Below are positions 44,246-53,699 of a stretch of DNA of 64,000 nucleotides, one piece after another. The DNA comes from an uncultured Candidatus Methanogranum sp. (GTDB lineage Archaea; Thermoplasmatota; Thermoplasmata; Methanomassiliicoccales; Methanomethylophilaceae), in NCBI GenBank assembly GCA_964620455.1, contig CAZUIU010000004.1, positions 111,562-175,561 on the forward strand, read 5' to 3'. A model generated the notes under the pieces. It was not told where the DNA came from. It was given only the letters and a program-made list of their open reading frames with translations, and did no database searches. A program made the translations under genes and the position numbers. Every line of letters begins with the position of its first letter. The stretch's first letter is position 1.

Positions 44246-45931
44246 ATGTCAGGGGAGTCAATAGAGGACACGATAACAAAATTCGCACTGCAGAATGCCA
44301 TATTCTTCAAAGGAAAGGCAAATCCCAAAGCAGTGGTGGGCAAGATACTCGGAGGTTTTCCTGAATACAGAGATAAGGTCGGAGAGATCTCCCATTTGGT
44401 GGAAGGTATCGTCAATGACGTGAACTCCATGGATCTCGCCTCTCAGATATCCAGACTGGAAAAAATGGATTCATCCCTTCTCGTGAAAGAAAAGAAAGAG
44501 AGAACGTATCATCTACCTGACTTGGAAAACGCAGAAGATGGAAATGTCGTTATGCGTATAGCTCCTGGACCTTCGGGGCCTCTGCACATAGGACACACGA
44601 GAGTATCAATCCTTAATGACGAATATGTCAAGAGATACAACGGTAAACTCATATTGAGATTCGAGGACACCAACCCGGAAAAAATCGACCCCGAAGCGTA
44701 CAGTATGATCCCTGAGGACCTTGATTGGTTGGGTGTCAAAGTTGACGAATCGTTCATACAATCATCTAGATTCGAGATTTATTATGATTACACCCGTAAA
44801 ATGATCGAGATGGGCAAGGCTTACGTCTGTACATGCAACGGAGATCACTGGAGAGGATTAAAGGAGAAGGGCCTGGCATGTCCATGTCATGACCTCCCAG
44901 TAGAAACGCAGATGGAAAGGTATGACAGATTCCTAGCCGGGGAGTACAAGGAAGGAGAGGCAGTCACGGTCATCAAGACCGACCTCAAACATCCGAACCC
45001 CGCGGTCCGTGATTTCGTGGCTCTCAGGATAGTCGACCATCCGCACCCACTAACAGGATCGAAATACTGCGCCTACCCTATGATGAATCTGTCAGTGGCT
45101 GTAGATGACCACCTGATGGGCATGACCCATGTGATAAGGGGTAAGGATCATCTCAACAACACGATAAGGCAGCAGTACATATTCGATTACTTCGGATGGA
45201 AAGAACCCATCTACCACCACTATGGTCTGGTGAACATACCTGACACGGTTCTCAAGACCTCATTGATAAAACAAAGCATAAACGCAGGGGAGTACAGCGG
45301 CTGGGATGATGTTCGGACCGGTACCGTCAGAGCCCTCGAAAGAAGAGGGATAAGACCAGAAGCGCTCAGAAGGTACTGGGTTGAGAGTGGCATAAAATCA
45401 GTGGACATACAATTCTCATGGGATAATCTATACAGCATGAACCGGGAGATCATAGATAATGAATCCAACAGGTATTTCTTCGTTAACAACCCCGTCAGAT
45501 ATGATATAGAAGGCATAGACAGCATAACAGGAAAGGCTCCGCTGCATCCCGATCATCCAGAACGTGGGAACAGGGAATACAAGATAGATGGGAGCAAGAC
45601 GATATTCGTCTCCAAAGAGGATTCCAAAACGTTCTCGGAAACCGGAAAAACAAGATTGAAGGACCTTTGCAACCTCGATTACGCCACACCTGCAAAATAC
45701 GCCGGAAACGACGTTTCAATCCTCAAACAAGGCATCAAGGCAGTCCAATGGGTTGGCAGAGACAGCGTTAAAACGGAGCTTCTCATGCCAGATGGGAGCA
45801 CGATGTCCGGTCTTACGGAAAGAAGCATACTCGATGAAACCTCAGATTCGGTACAATTCGAGAGGATCGGATTCGTTAGGATAGAGGACAAGAACGAGAA
45901 TCTCATCAAAACGGTGTTCACACACCGTTAA
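44246..45931 (+). CDS. gltX: glutamyl-tRNA synthetase (archaeal type)
   Basis: The HIGH motif is in 'PSGPLHIGHTR'. Other blocks are 'LRFEDTNPEK' and 'VIRGKDHLNNT'. The start is ATG 44246; the track ORF begins at 44105 inside the upstream gene. Confidence 0.85.
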   Translation: MSGESIEDTITKFALQNAIFFKGKANPKAVVGKILGGFPEYRDKVGEISHLVEGIVNDVNSMDLASQISRLEKMDSSLLVKEKKERTYHLPDLENAEDGNVVMRIAPGPSGPLHIGHTRVSILNDEYVKRYNGKLILRFEDTNPEKIDPEAYSMIPEDLDWLGVKVDESFIQSSRFEIYYDYTRKMIEMGKAYVCTCNGDHWRGLKEKGLACPCHDLPVETQMERYDRFLAGEYKEGEAVTVIKTDLKHPNPAVRDFVALRIVDHPHPLTGSKYCAYPMMNLSVAVDDHLMGMTHVIRGKDHLNNTIRQQYIFDYFGWKEPIYHHYGLVNIPDTVLKTSLIKQSINAGEYSGWDDVRTGTVRALERRGIRPEALRRYWVESGIKSVDIQFSWDNLYSMNREIIDNESNRYFFVNNPVRYDIEGIDSITGKAPLHPDHPERGNREYKIDGSKTIFVSKEDSKTFSETGKTRLKDLCNLDYATPAKYAGNDVSILKQGIKAVQWVGRDSVKTELLMPDGSTMSGLTERSILDETSDSVQFERIGFVRIEDKNENLIKTVFTHR

Positions 45932-45956
45932 TCTCCGTATTCCCTGTGAATATCCA

Positions 45957-47858
45957 TCACAGGATACTCAAAGCCAGATTCACGGCAGTGCCCATGAGTA
46001 TGGCCACACCGCATGATACCAACGATATTGCAACTGTATCCCTGAGTCCCATCTCCCGCCACATGACAGTGAGAGTGGCTATACATGGAACATAAGTGGC
46101 CATTACCACCCCGAACACAACGAACTGATTAGGGGTCATAACCGTAAGCAACCCAAGTAGGGCCAACATACCGACTGCCATCTCTTTTCTGAGTATACCA
46201 ACTATGAACGCGATTACACATGTAGCTGGTAGACCCAACATGCCCACGGTGATGAACGACATCGGATTAACCACACAATCCAGCAAATCGTAAGTCAGGA
46301 GAAGTTCCACTATAACACTGCCGACAACCAATAATGGGAAGGCTATGTAGAAAAAGTCCTTTATCCTCTCCCATGTCTTGAACAACACGTTGCTCATCTG
46401 CGGCATAACCAGATCTGGAAGTTCCATAGCTAGGCTGCTCGGTTCTTTGGGTAGAAACCTGTTCATCGTGAATCCCACGACACATCCAAGCACGACCAGG
46501 AGGCCCAGTATCGCGAAGGCGTATGGAATGCCTGCATACTTCCCCGTTATTCCCATCAGTATGGCCATCTGAGCCGAACATGGCACGGCCATCACTATTA
46601 TAGCCGTCACTATGGTCCTCTCCCTTCTCGACTGTATGGTACGGGTTGCCATTACCGCTGGAACATTGCAACCTATCCCCACCAACACAGGCACTATAGC
46701 GCCCCCGTGCAGACCGAAACGATGCATAATAGTATCGAGCAAAACTACTACACGGGTAAGATATCCAGAATCCTCCAGGAGGCCCAGTATGATGTAGAAT
46801 ACCATTATGTACGGGATAACCAGGGTCAGTATCGCCCCTATGCTGCTGTTCACACCCACTACAACAGCCTTCCAGAAGGGGCCCATGTTCTCAGAAACAT
46901 TATCCAGCCAATCACCTATGGCCATCGAATACACATTCGAAACCACATCATCCAGGAACGAACCCACATAGACGATGGTCAGGAATATTACGCCCAAAAC
47001 AGCCATCAGAATCGGTATACCCACCAGAGGAGTTATCGTCAGATCTGAGAAGACCTCCCTGCCTGTCTGCGACCTCTGTGACCTCCTGACCACACCTTTG
47101 ACCATTATGTCAGCCAGAGCATACCTTTCACGCCCTATCGTCTGATCTGGGGATTCACCGTTAAAACGTGTGAGCATCATGCGGAACTTCTCCGCATTCT
47201 CAGTCACATCATCAGAAACCATATCGATGAAGTCCTGAGTACCTTCCATCACCTTGATTGCCACACCGAAAGGCCTGTACTTGGATTCCGGTATGAGTTC
47301 AGCCAAAGAATTGGCTGCCGCGGTTATATTCCTCCTGTAACTGACTTTGAAATCAGGAGCCTTGGCCATACCTGCACATACAACATCCACCAGGGCATCC
47401 ACTCCCTCTGATGTCTTAGCAGACACGGGTATAACAGGAATGCCCATGCTCTTTGACAGAGCCTCCGTATCTATATCGAACTTCTTACGAGCCGCATCTA
47501 TTTTGTTCAAAGCCAGGATAGAAGGCAAACCCAGTTCCAAAACCTCAAAACACAGAACTATGCTACTCTCCAGATTCGTGGCATCAGCAACTATGATGAC
47601 CGCATCGTTCTTCGGATCCGCCAGCATCTTGATCGCAGCATCCTCATCGGGAGAGTTTCTGGAAAGACTGTATATCCCAGGAAGATCGTGAACATTAACG
47701 GCAACGTCGTTCCTGACAATCGTCGCCTCCTCGAACTCCACAGTCGTACCTGCGTAATTGGATGATATGACACCTACGCCAGTCATCCTGGTGAACAGGG
47801 CTGATTTACCTACGTTGGGCTGCCCTATTAGCGCGACTTGAACGATATTGTTAACCAT
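45957..47858 (-). CDS. feoB: ferrous iron transporter FeoB
   Basis: The N-terminal G-domain has 'VALIGQPNVGKSALF', 'DLPGIYSL' and 'ALNKID'. A polytopic membrane domain follows. Confidence 0.85.
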   Translation of the reverse strand: MVNNIVQVALIGQPNVGKSALFTRMTGVGVISSNYAGTTVEFEEATIVRNDVAVNVHDLPGIYSLSRNSPDEDAAIKMLADPKNDAVIIVADATNLESSIVLCFEVLELGLPSILALNKIDAARKKFDIDTEALSKSMGIPVIPVSAKTSEGVDALVDVVCAGMAKAPDFKVSYRRNITAAANSLAELIPESKYRPFGVAIKVMEGTQDFIDMVSDDVTENAEKFRMMLTRFNGESPDQTIGRERYALADIMVKGVVRRSQRSQTGREVFSDLTITPLVGIPILMAVLGVIFLTIVYVGSFLDDVVSNVYSMAIGDWLDNVSENMGPFWKAVVVGVNSSIGAILTLVIPYIMVFYIILGLLEDSGYLTRVVVLLDTIMHRFGLHGGAIVPVLVGIGCNVPAVMATRTIQSRRERTIVTAIIVMAVPCSAQMAILMGITGKYAGIPYAFAILGLLVVLGCVVGFTMNRFLPKEPSSLAMELPDLVMPQMSNVLFKTWERIKDFFYIAFPLLVVGSVIVELLLTYDLLDCVVNPMSFITVGMLGLPATCVIAFIVGILRKEMAVGMLALLGLLTVMTPNQFVVFGVVMATYVPCIATLTVMWREMGLRDTVAISLVSCGVAILMGTAVNLALSIL

Positions 47859-48520
47859 CAGTCTTCAACATCCACATAAATCGCTGACGCGAGACATATG
47901 TCCAAGGCTATAGTCGAATCCCCTATACCGATTATACGGGGACCCCTGTCAGATACCCTGCCTTCCACGGATACCTCCCGACCTGGTACAAATCCCATGG
48001 ATATCAACCTCTTGACGATATCTGGATCCTCACTCTTTATGTGAGAGATCATTCCGTGCTCACCCATATCCATAGCATCCAGGGTCTCCACATCCAATCT
48101 CTCACCTGTCGCCGCCTTGCACGGACTCTTACAGCTTTTGCAATCGTTGTCCACAGGGCTACCAACCATCTGACACAACCTGAGCATGGAATCATCGGAT
48201 ATTGCATGCTCCATCTTACATGCCTCCTCGTGTGCCATCTGATGATCGACATTGAGAACATTCATAAGGAAACTCTCCATGACGTGATGTTTCTTCCTTA
48301 TATTTCTGGCATAATCCAAGCCAGATTCAGTCAGAGTCACACCCTTGTACTTTTCGTACTCGACATACCCCTCTCCTGCCAGAACCTTCAACATCTCTGT
48401 GACACTAGCAGGAGATACGTTCATGAAAGTTGCCAATTCAGTGGTCTTAGCTGTCTTCTCTCCTTCAGTAAGTCTCAAAATGCTGATAAGATAGTCCTCA
48501 CGGTTCCCTGAGCTCATCAT
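47858..48520 (-). CDS. DtxR/MntR-family metal-dependent regulator with a C-terminal FeoA/SH3-like domain
   Basis: The winged-HTH region is 'REDYLISILRL...TTELATFMNVSPASVTEMLKVL'. The metal-site region is 'HHVMESFL...HEEACKMEH'. The C-terminal region is 'GFVPGREVSV'. The stop overlaps the feoB start (TGATG). The start is ATG 48520. Confidence 0.7.
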   Translation of the reverse strand: MMSSGNREDYLISILRLTEGEKTAKTTELATFMNVSPASVTEMLKVLAGEGYVEYEKYKGVTLTESGLDYARNIRKKHHVMESFLMNVLNVDHQMAHEEACKMEHAISDDSMLRLCQMVGSPVDNDCKSCKSPCKAATGERLDVETLDAMDMGEHGMISHIKSEDPDIVKRLISMGFVPGREVSVEGRVSDRGPRIIGIGDSTIALDICLASAIYVDVED

Positions 48521-48539
48521 CGGAGTAGAGAACGAACGA

Positions 48540-48547
48540 ATATTTAA
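48540..48547 (-). promoter_or_regulatory. TATA-like box for the dtxR-feoB operon
   Basis: The minus strand reads TTAAATAT, centred about 24 nt upstream of ATG 48520. Confidence 0.35.
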
Positions 48548-48655
48548 GGTATTCCTAAAAAACACATCATAACAAATATACCCAGAACATAAACGAGAAC
48601 AAAATCAACAAAACCAGACATACAGAATCGAAAACACACAATCTTGTATCGGATT

Positions 48656-48685
48656 GCCCCGGGCCTTATAACCGTAACCCGGGGC
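48656..48685 (-). terminator. GC-rich stem-loop immediately downstream of glyA
   Basis: There is a perfect 8-bp stem, 'gccccggg' (48656-63) with 'cccggggc' (48678-85), and a 14-nt loop. It begins 10 nt after the glyA stop and is followed on the minus strand by the T-rich 'TTGTGTGTTTTCG'. Confidence 0.45.
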
Positions 48686-48695
48686 TAGAAAATGT

Positions 48696-49979
48696 TTAAT
48701 CAACAAGTTTGTGATATTCGTACGCCGGCTCACCGGAGTTGAAACAGAACTGTATCGTAGAGAACTCCTTCTTGAAGGCTTTAACATCCTCAGCTACCTT
48801 CTTCGGATCCTCTTTCTTCACCACGACACGCGATATGAACTCAGCGACCTGCTTCATCTCGCTCTCCTTCATTCCGAGACGAGTCATCTCTTGAGAACCG
48901 AGCCTGAGACCAGAAGGCCTAACAGAACTGGTATCCTGGGGGAGCATGTTCTTGTTACAGATTATGTTAGCATCCTCCAACAATTTGGCGCAATCCTTCC
49001 CTCCTCCGAACTGAGATACATCCACAGCGATAGCGTGTGATCTGGTGAATCCGAGATCTGGACAGAGTACGGGTACACCGAGTTCATAAAGTGCTTGTCC
49101 CAATGCCCTGGAATTCTTGCATGCCTGAGCTGCATAGTCCTTCGCATAAACGTCCATTTCAGCCAAGGTTATCGCCAAAGCGGCCATGGCATGAAGGTGA
49201 TGACTTGATGTTACTCCAGGGAAGACTGCCTTCTGTATCTTCTTCTCCTGGTCATCAGTGAGATTCGAACCTAGTATTATACCGTGATTGGGTCCTGGGA
49301 ACGTCTTATGAGTGGATGATGAGATTATATTGACACCCTCTCTCAATGGATCATGGAACTGTCCTCCTGCAATCAACCCGAGCACATGTGCACAATCCTC
49401 CCACACTAGACATCCTACCTCGTTGAATGTATCCTGAAGCTCCTTCAGGGGCGGTGGGAACAGGAACACGGACAAACCGAACTGTGCAACCTTGGGCTTC
49501 ACTTCCTTCAGCATCTTTATTGTACCATCAACATCGAGATTCATGTCCTCGACGTTGAAGGGATAGTTGACGGAGTTCACAGCCCTCTGCCCAAATGCAC
49601 CGAACTCACATGTGGATATGTGAGCACCCTGAGCAAGAGCACATGTTGTTATGGTATCCCCGGGTTGTGCGAATGCGAACAGAACCGCCATGTTGGCAAC
49701 CGTACCGGATATTGGTCTGACATCTGCGAAATCTGCCTTGAAAAGCTTTTTAGCAAGTTCTATGGCTTTGATCTCGACCTGATCCACGTAGATGTTACCT
49801 TGGTAATATCTCTTGCCGGGCATTCCCTCTGCGTATCTGTCAGCGAAGTCGGATATTAGCATCTCCTTGGCCAGAGGACTCATAAGATTCTCGGATGCGA
49901 TCATTGGGATGCATTCCTCGAACCATTTGTTGTGTGCCTGGACCTTCTCCCTGATATAACGGGCGTCTTCGATAGTCAT
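48696..49979 (-). CDS. glyA: serine hydroxymethyltransferase
   Basis: Conserved blocks are 'IASENLMSPLAKE', 'RYYQGN' and 'SSTHKTFPGP' (PLP lysine region). Confidence 0.9.
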   Translation of the reverse strand: MTIEDARYIREKVQAHNKWFEECIPMIASENLMSPLAKEMLISDFADRYAEGMPGKRYYQGNIYVDQVEIKAIELAKKLFKADFADVRPISGTVANMAVLFAFAQPGDTITTCALAQGAHISTCEFGAFGQRAVNSVNYPFNVEDMNLDVDGTIKMLKEVKPKVAQFGLSVFLFPPPLKELQDTFNEVGCLVWEDCAHVLGLIAGGQFHDPLREGVNIISSSTHKTFPGPNHGIILGSNLTDDQEKKIQKAVFPGVTSSHHLHAMAALAITLAEMDVYAKDYAAQACKNSRALGQALYELGVPVLCPDLGFTRSHAIAVDVSQFGGGKDCAKLLEDANIICNKNMLPQDTSSVRPSGLRLGSQEMTRLGMKESEMKQVAEFISRVVVKKEDPKKVAEDVKAFKKEFSTIQFCFNSGEPAYEYHKLVD

Positions 49980-50201
49980 GTTATCATGCGCATATATCCC
50001 ATGCTGTTAAAAATAGATTCGGTCCATGGTTCACCGGGAACCGATAGCATCCCCTCGTATAGTTTCATAAAGTCACGGTCAGAGGAAAAAGAGACATTTG
50101 ATAGAGGTCTGGAATATGAAATGCAAAGAATCGTAATCCTGTAGCGTATACAAAATGAACCAATACGATTCACTCCGTGGGGTTATCAGGAATCATACCA
50201 C

Positions 50202-50220
50202 AACCAACAGATTGGTTTTT
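50202..50220 (+). terminator. orphan hairpin plus T5 element in the glyA/ribB divergent spacer
   Basis: A perfect 6-bp stem, 'aaccaa'/'ttggtt', has a 4-nt loop and runs into TTTTT (50216-50220). It lies 66 nt upstream of the ribB ATG, with no plus-strand gene upstream of it. Confidence 0.3.
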
Positions 50221-50285
50221 ACAACAAATTAAGTAATAAACCATCTTTATTCTAATAAGTCACTCATTAGAAGGTCGGTAATCGC

Positions 50286-50992
50286 ATGAACTTAGAAAAA
50301 ACATTGAATGAGATAAAGGCCGGAAGACCCGTTCTTGTCTTTGATTTCGATGACAGGGAAAAGGAAAGCGACCTGACTGTCGCATCCGAATTCATAACCT
50401 GGGAACACATAAAAATGATGAGAAAGGAAGCGGGCGGTCTTATATGCACGACCACACCCCACAAACTGGCTAAGGATATCGGATTGCCGTTCATGGCCGA
50501 TGTCTATTGGGACGATAGGGAGAAGTACCCGGTGCTGAAGGATATGGCACCTAACGACATACCTTACGACAACACCAGATCTTCATTCGGTGTCACGATA
50601 AACCACAGGAAGACGTACACAGGCATTACCGATAGGGACCGGGCCCTCACAATAAGGGAATACAGCAAAACAATATTCGAAGATAAGCCTGCGAAAGAGA
50701 TCGAGAGAGATATCGGTGCCAATTTCCGTGCACCTGGACATGTTCACTTACTGAACACCTCATCAAAAATACTCAAGACCAGATTCGGACACACGGAACT
50801 CTGTACTGCATTGATGTACATGGCGGGAGTCAAACCCTCAGCCACCATATGCGAAATGATGGGTGACGATGGCGGGTCCATGCACAAAGAAGAGGTCATG
50901 TCCTTCGCCAAAACCAAGGGAATACCATTCATAACAGGCGAAGAAGTAATAAATGCCTGGAACGCTTTCTTGGAAAAGAACGATCTGGACTT

Positions 50993-50996
<4 letters not shown>
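50286..50996 (+). CDS. ribB: 3,4-dihydroxy-2-butanone 4-phosphate synthase
   Basis: Conserved blocks are 'VLVFDFDDREKESDLTVASE', 'GGLICT' and 'FRAPGHVHLL'. Confidence 0.85.
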
Positions 50997-51888
<892 letters not shown>

Positions 51889-51894
51889 TTAGAT

Positions 51895-52320
51895 ATGACA
51901 GGATACAAACTTGGAATGGTCGCAGCTGAATTCAACTACGACGTAACGATGATGATGATCGAGAGAGCAAGGGCCGAAGCGGAATTCCTCGACGTGGCCA
52001 TAAGTGAGACCATCATGGTCCCCGGCGTATTCGAGATACCTCTGGCCGTCCAGACCATGTTGGAAAGGACTGATGTTGATGCAGTCATCACCATAGGCGC
52101 CGTCATCACAGGCGAGACCGACCACGATCAGGTCGTCATCTCACAGGCATCTAGACAGATAGCAGACCTCTCCCTGAAATACGGCAAACCGGTGGCATTC
52201 GGTATAACCGGCCCCAACATGACCCAGCTTCAGGCTGTGGATCGCATAGAGAAGGGACGCGATGTCGTCGATGCTGCTGTGAAGATGCTCAAAAGACTTG
52301 AAAAAGTCGGTAAAAAATGA
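51895..52320 (+). CDS. ribH: 6,7-dimethyl-8-ribityllumazine synthase
   Basis: Conserved blocks are 'LGMVAAEFNYDVTMMM', 'VPGVFEIPLA' and 'ITIGAVITGETDHD'. Confidence 0.85.
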   Translation: MTGYKLGMVAAEFNYDVTMMMIERARAEAEFLDVAISETIMVPGVFEIPLAVQTMLERTDVDAVITIGAVITGETDHDQVVISQASRQIADLSLKYGKPVAFGITGPNMTQLQAVDRIEKGRDVVDAAVKMLKRLEKVGKK

Positions 52321-52327
52321 TTTAATA

Positions 52328-52353
52328 GCCGGGGGAACCCGGCATAATGTTTT
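52328..52353. terminator. GC stem-loop plus T-run between convergent ribH and the aminotransferase gene
   Basis: The element is 'gccggg ggaa cccggc', a 6-bp stem with a 4-nt loop (52328-52343), followed by 'tttt' at 52350-53. It occupies most of the 34-nt convergent spacer. Confidence 0.45.
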
Positions 52354-52354
52354 C

Positions 52355-53626
52355 TCATTGATGTCTGATCATGAACTTCTCAAGGAGATCGTAAGCTGTT
52401 TCCAGTGTCTCCATCGGCGGAAGAAGTATAGTCCTGAAATGTGACTGCCCGAACTCTTTACAGAAACCAGAACCGTGAACCAGCACAACCCCTTCCTCTT
52501 TGATAAGGTCAAACACGAAGTCCTTGTCCGAAGCCCATTCGTTACCCAGATCGATATGAGGGAACATATATAGCGCCCCCTTCGCCCTCTTGGTCGATAT
52601 TCCAGGTATCTCGTTGAGTCTCTTGTATGAGAAGTCAGCTCTTTCCTTGAGTTTCCTGTTCATGTCGACTATATAGTCCTGAGGTCCCTGCAACGATGCC
52701 CTGGCAGCCTCCTGACAAGGTACATTGGCACATATCCTGACACGGAATTGTTTCATCATGCCTTCACGTATCTCGTCCATGATACCATACCTGTCCATGA
52801 AATAACAGTAACCTTCCCTCCAGCCAGGCATGAGATTCACTTTGGAGAAACCGTTCATTATTATCCTCGGAACATCGTCAGATAGCCTGGATAACGAGAA
52901 GAACTTGCCACTGAACACAATCTTGTCATATATCTCGTCCGAGATTAGGGGGATCCCGTATTCGGCAGATATATCACCTATCTGCCTGAGATCCTTCTCA
53001 TCATAGACCGTGCCTGTGGGATTATTGGGATTTATGACCACGATCGCCTTTGTCTTGTCAGTGACCCTTTTCCTCATCATATCGATATCAGGTCTCCAAT
53101 CCTCCTCCTCGACTTGCCTGTATGGAACCGTTTTACCTTCGTAGAAATTGGTGTATTGTGCATATGAGGGATATCCTGGACCCGGGACAAGCACCTCATC
53201 CCCTGGCTCTATGAAAGTACCCATCAGGATGTTTATGCATTCACTGAGACCGGCCGTAACGTAGACGTCATCCGACGTTATCCTCGCCCCGTGCTTCTCG
53301 TATTCCCTCTGTACTATTGCCTCCCTGAGCCCGAGGCTACCTTGGGAGTCCCCGTATCCGTTATCGGTTTTGTCCACAGCCTCCCTAAGTGTGTTCTTGA
53401 AATACTCGGGAGTTTGGAAATCCCATTTGTTAGGATCTCCAATGTTGAGATTGTAAAGCTTCTTTCCTGCCTTTGCGGCGGCATCAGCTGGGACTACTAC
53501 CTCGCGTATCGCATAATCCATTCCCATTGCGCGCCTAGAAGCTTTAATCTTCTTCATTAGATCACTTTCCGCCCTCAGGTTGTTCTCTGTATTTAGATTT
53601 TCCAGAAAATCCATCTGAGTATCCAA
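52355..53626 (-). CDS. class I/II PLP aminotransferase (alanine/aspartate aminotransferase-like)
   Basis: Conserved blocks are 'LNIGDPNKWDF', 'YGDSQGSLGLREAI', 'INPNNPTG' and 'FSKVNLMPGWREGY' (PLP-Lys region). Confidence 0.8.
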   Translation of the reverse strand: MDTQMDFLENLNTENNLRAESDLMKKIKASRRAMGMDYAIREVVVPADAAAKAGKKLYNLNIGDPNKWDFQTPEYFKNTLREAVDKTDNGYGDSQGSLGLREAIVQREYEKHGARITSDDVYVTAGLSECINILMGTFIEPGDEVLVPGPGYPSYAQYTNFYEGKTVPYRQVEEEDWRPDIDMMRKRVTDKTKAIVVINPNNPTGTVYDEKDLRQIGDISAEYGIPLISDEIYDKIVFSGKFFSLSRLSDDVPRIIMNGFSKVNLMPGWREGYCYFMDRYGIMDEIREGMMKQFRVRICANVPCQEAARASLQGPQDYIVDMNRKLKERADFSYKRLNEIPGISTKRAKGALYMFPHIDLGNEWASDKDFVFDLIKEEGVVLVHGSGFCKEFGQSHFRTILLPPMETLETAYDLLEKFMIRHQ

Positions 53627-53699
53627 CTTCCGCGGACGGTGGAATCCCCCGCCAATTATTTATCCCGCATCCTCATGGGGAAGTGAGGAGTTGGATTTT

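Noticed and set aside
49980-50285. FMN (RFN) riboswitch upstream of ribB
   Set aside because: I could not find the conserved RFN core strings (GGGGCAGGGUGAAAUUCCC...ACCGGCGGU...GCCGACAGU...AGUCUGGAUG). Only a weak 'GUCUGGAAU' match is present. It is reported instead as an unclassified leader.
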